Origin: Lama glama
Lineage: Eukaryota
Direction: 5' to 3'
Assembly (NCBI GenBank): GCA_028534125.1
Contig: CM052816.1
Coordinates: forward strand, 68,140,001-68,204,000
Length of the DNA: 64,000 nt
The stretch's first letter is position 1. Each line of letters begins with the position of its first letter. A program made the position numbers and the translations under genes. Below are positions 62,961 to 64,000 of the stretch, piece after piece. The notes beneath the pieces are model-generated. The model was given only the letters and a program-made list of their open reading frames with translations, ran no database searches and was not told the DNA's origin.

Positions 62961-63973
62961 GATTTACTTCAGATTTGTTCATCCAGAGTATGAATTTACT
63001 ACCATTTATTCAACTGCCCCTCAAAGGATATACATTCAGGTGATTTTTGCCGCTACATATAACACTGCACTAAACACTCTTGTGACTGCAGAACTGTTTT
63101 AATTTTATCATCATGGTCATCTGAGCCCTGGAATACAACCTCAAATCTTTCCTTCCCCCATCCTCCGCTCCCTGTCATTTGGAGAACAGAGCTGAAGGGA
63201 AACTGAAGATGAGCTGGGAAAGCTGGTAATTACTCCATATAGCACATGGCCAGCAGCCTCCTGCTACAATATTTACGTCCTATTCCATTGAGATGGCACT
63301 CTGCTCACATGACCTAAATGCAGTTCTCACTCCACCAAGAACACAGCCGAATCCAAACTGCATTGGCAGCTTCGCACATGCTCCGTCTGGCCCTGTGAAT
63401 CCTCACTCACCCATTGAGATTTCATTTAGTTTAAAGCATCACACCAGCTGCTGAAGCTCCGTGACTTCCACTATTTTCCTGGCCCAGATCCAAGGCAGGT
63501 GGCCCGCCACGAATACTGTTTTTTAGGGTTTGAGGTTTTTTTGTATATTTGTTGGGGGATGGAGTGTGTATAATACTTACACACGGGTATAGCTGATGAA
63601 TGAGGCCATAGGAAGTAACTCTTTTTCCTGGCATGTATTACAGAAATAACATTTACCTATTTCCAGCATTTGCCTTGACAACGACCTGCAGCTCTGATGC
63701 ACATTTAATTCTCAAACAGAGGTCTTGGCAAGGGATGCTGTATCTGACTGTTGTGTTGACTGTAACGTGTGAGATGGTGTTTTTTTCCTCTCTAGAGACC
63801 TGGATGCTTTTTGCCATTCTGATGGTAAATGATGAGACAGGCAACCATGGATTTCAGCACTCCATCTGTGTTTGATCAGCATAAAGGTAAAAACGCTGCT
63901 TTAACTCATCCTTTGGTTCTTCGCATTTTTAGTCCAATGGTAGGGATTTGCAGTTGTAGAGGGAGAAAGAGTA

Positions 63974-64000
63974 GTGTGTGTGTGTGTGTGTGTGTGTGTG
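63974..64000. repeat. (GT)n microsatellite running off the window end
   Basis: direct reading. Confidence 0.98.

Overview
Mammalian, gene-poor, repeat-rich genomic DNA with two ~500-N assembly gaps. The tRNA-derived SINEs look like the camelid Vic-1 type, so the source is probably alpaca, llama or camel (inference). I found no intact protein-coding gene, rRNA, true tRNA or CRISPR array. The only gene-derived sequence is an intronless, multiply disabled RNFT1 retrocopy on the minus strand (~5.3-6.9 kb). The rest is L1 fragments (several with readable target-site duplications, TSDs), L2, MIR, MaLR/ERVL/ERV1 solo LTRs, hAT and Tigger MITEs and microsatellites, often nested. The most notable structures are: a 364-bp imperfect palindrome resembling the ancient conserved MER121 element; a probable relic of an RTE-clade reverse transcriptase; an L1 with a candidate 3' transduction inside a MER63; a 29-bp micro-inversion inside an L1; two divergent solo LTRs of one ERV1 family; a consensus CTCF site; and a 198-bp false duplication across a gap. 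I see no support for a new multi-gene system. Repeat family names come from recalled consensus sequences, not a database search. Boundaries of old repeats are approximate.
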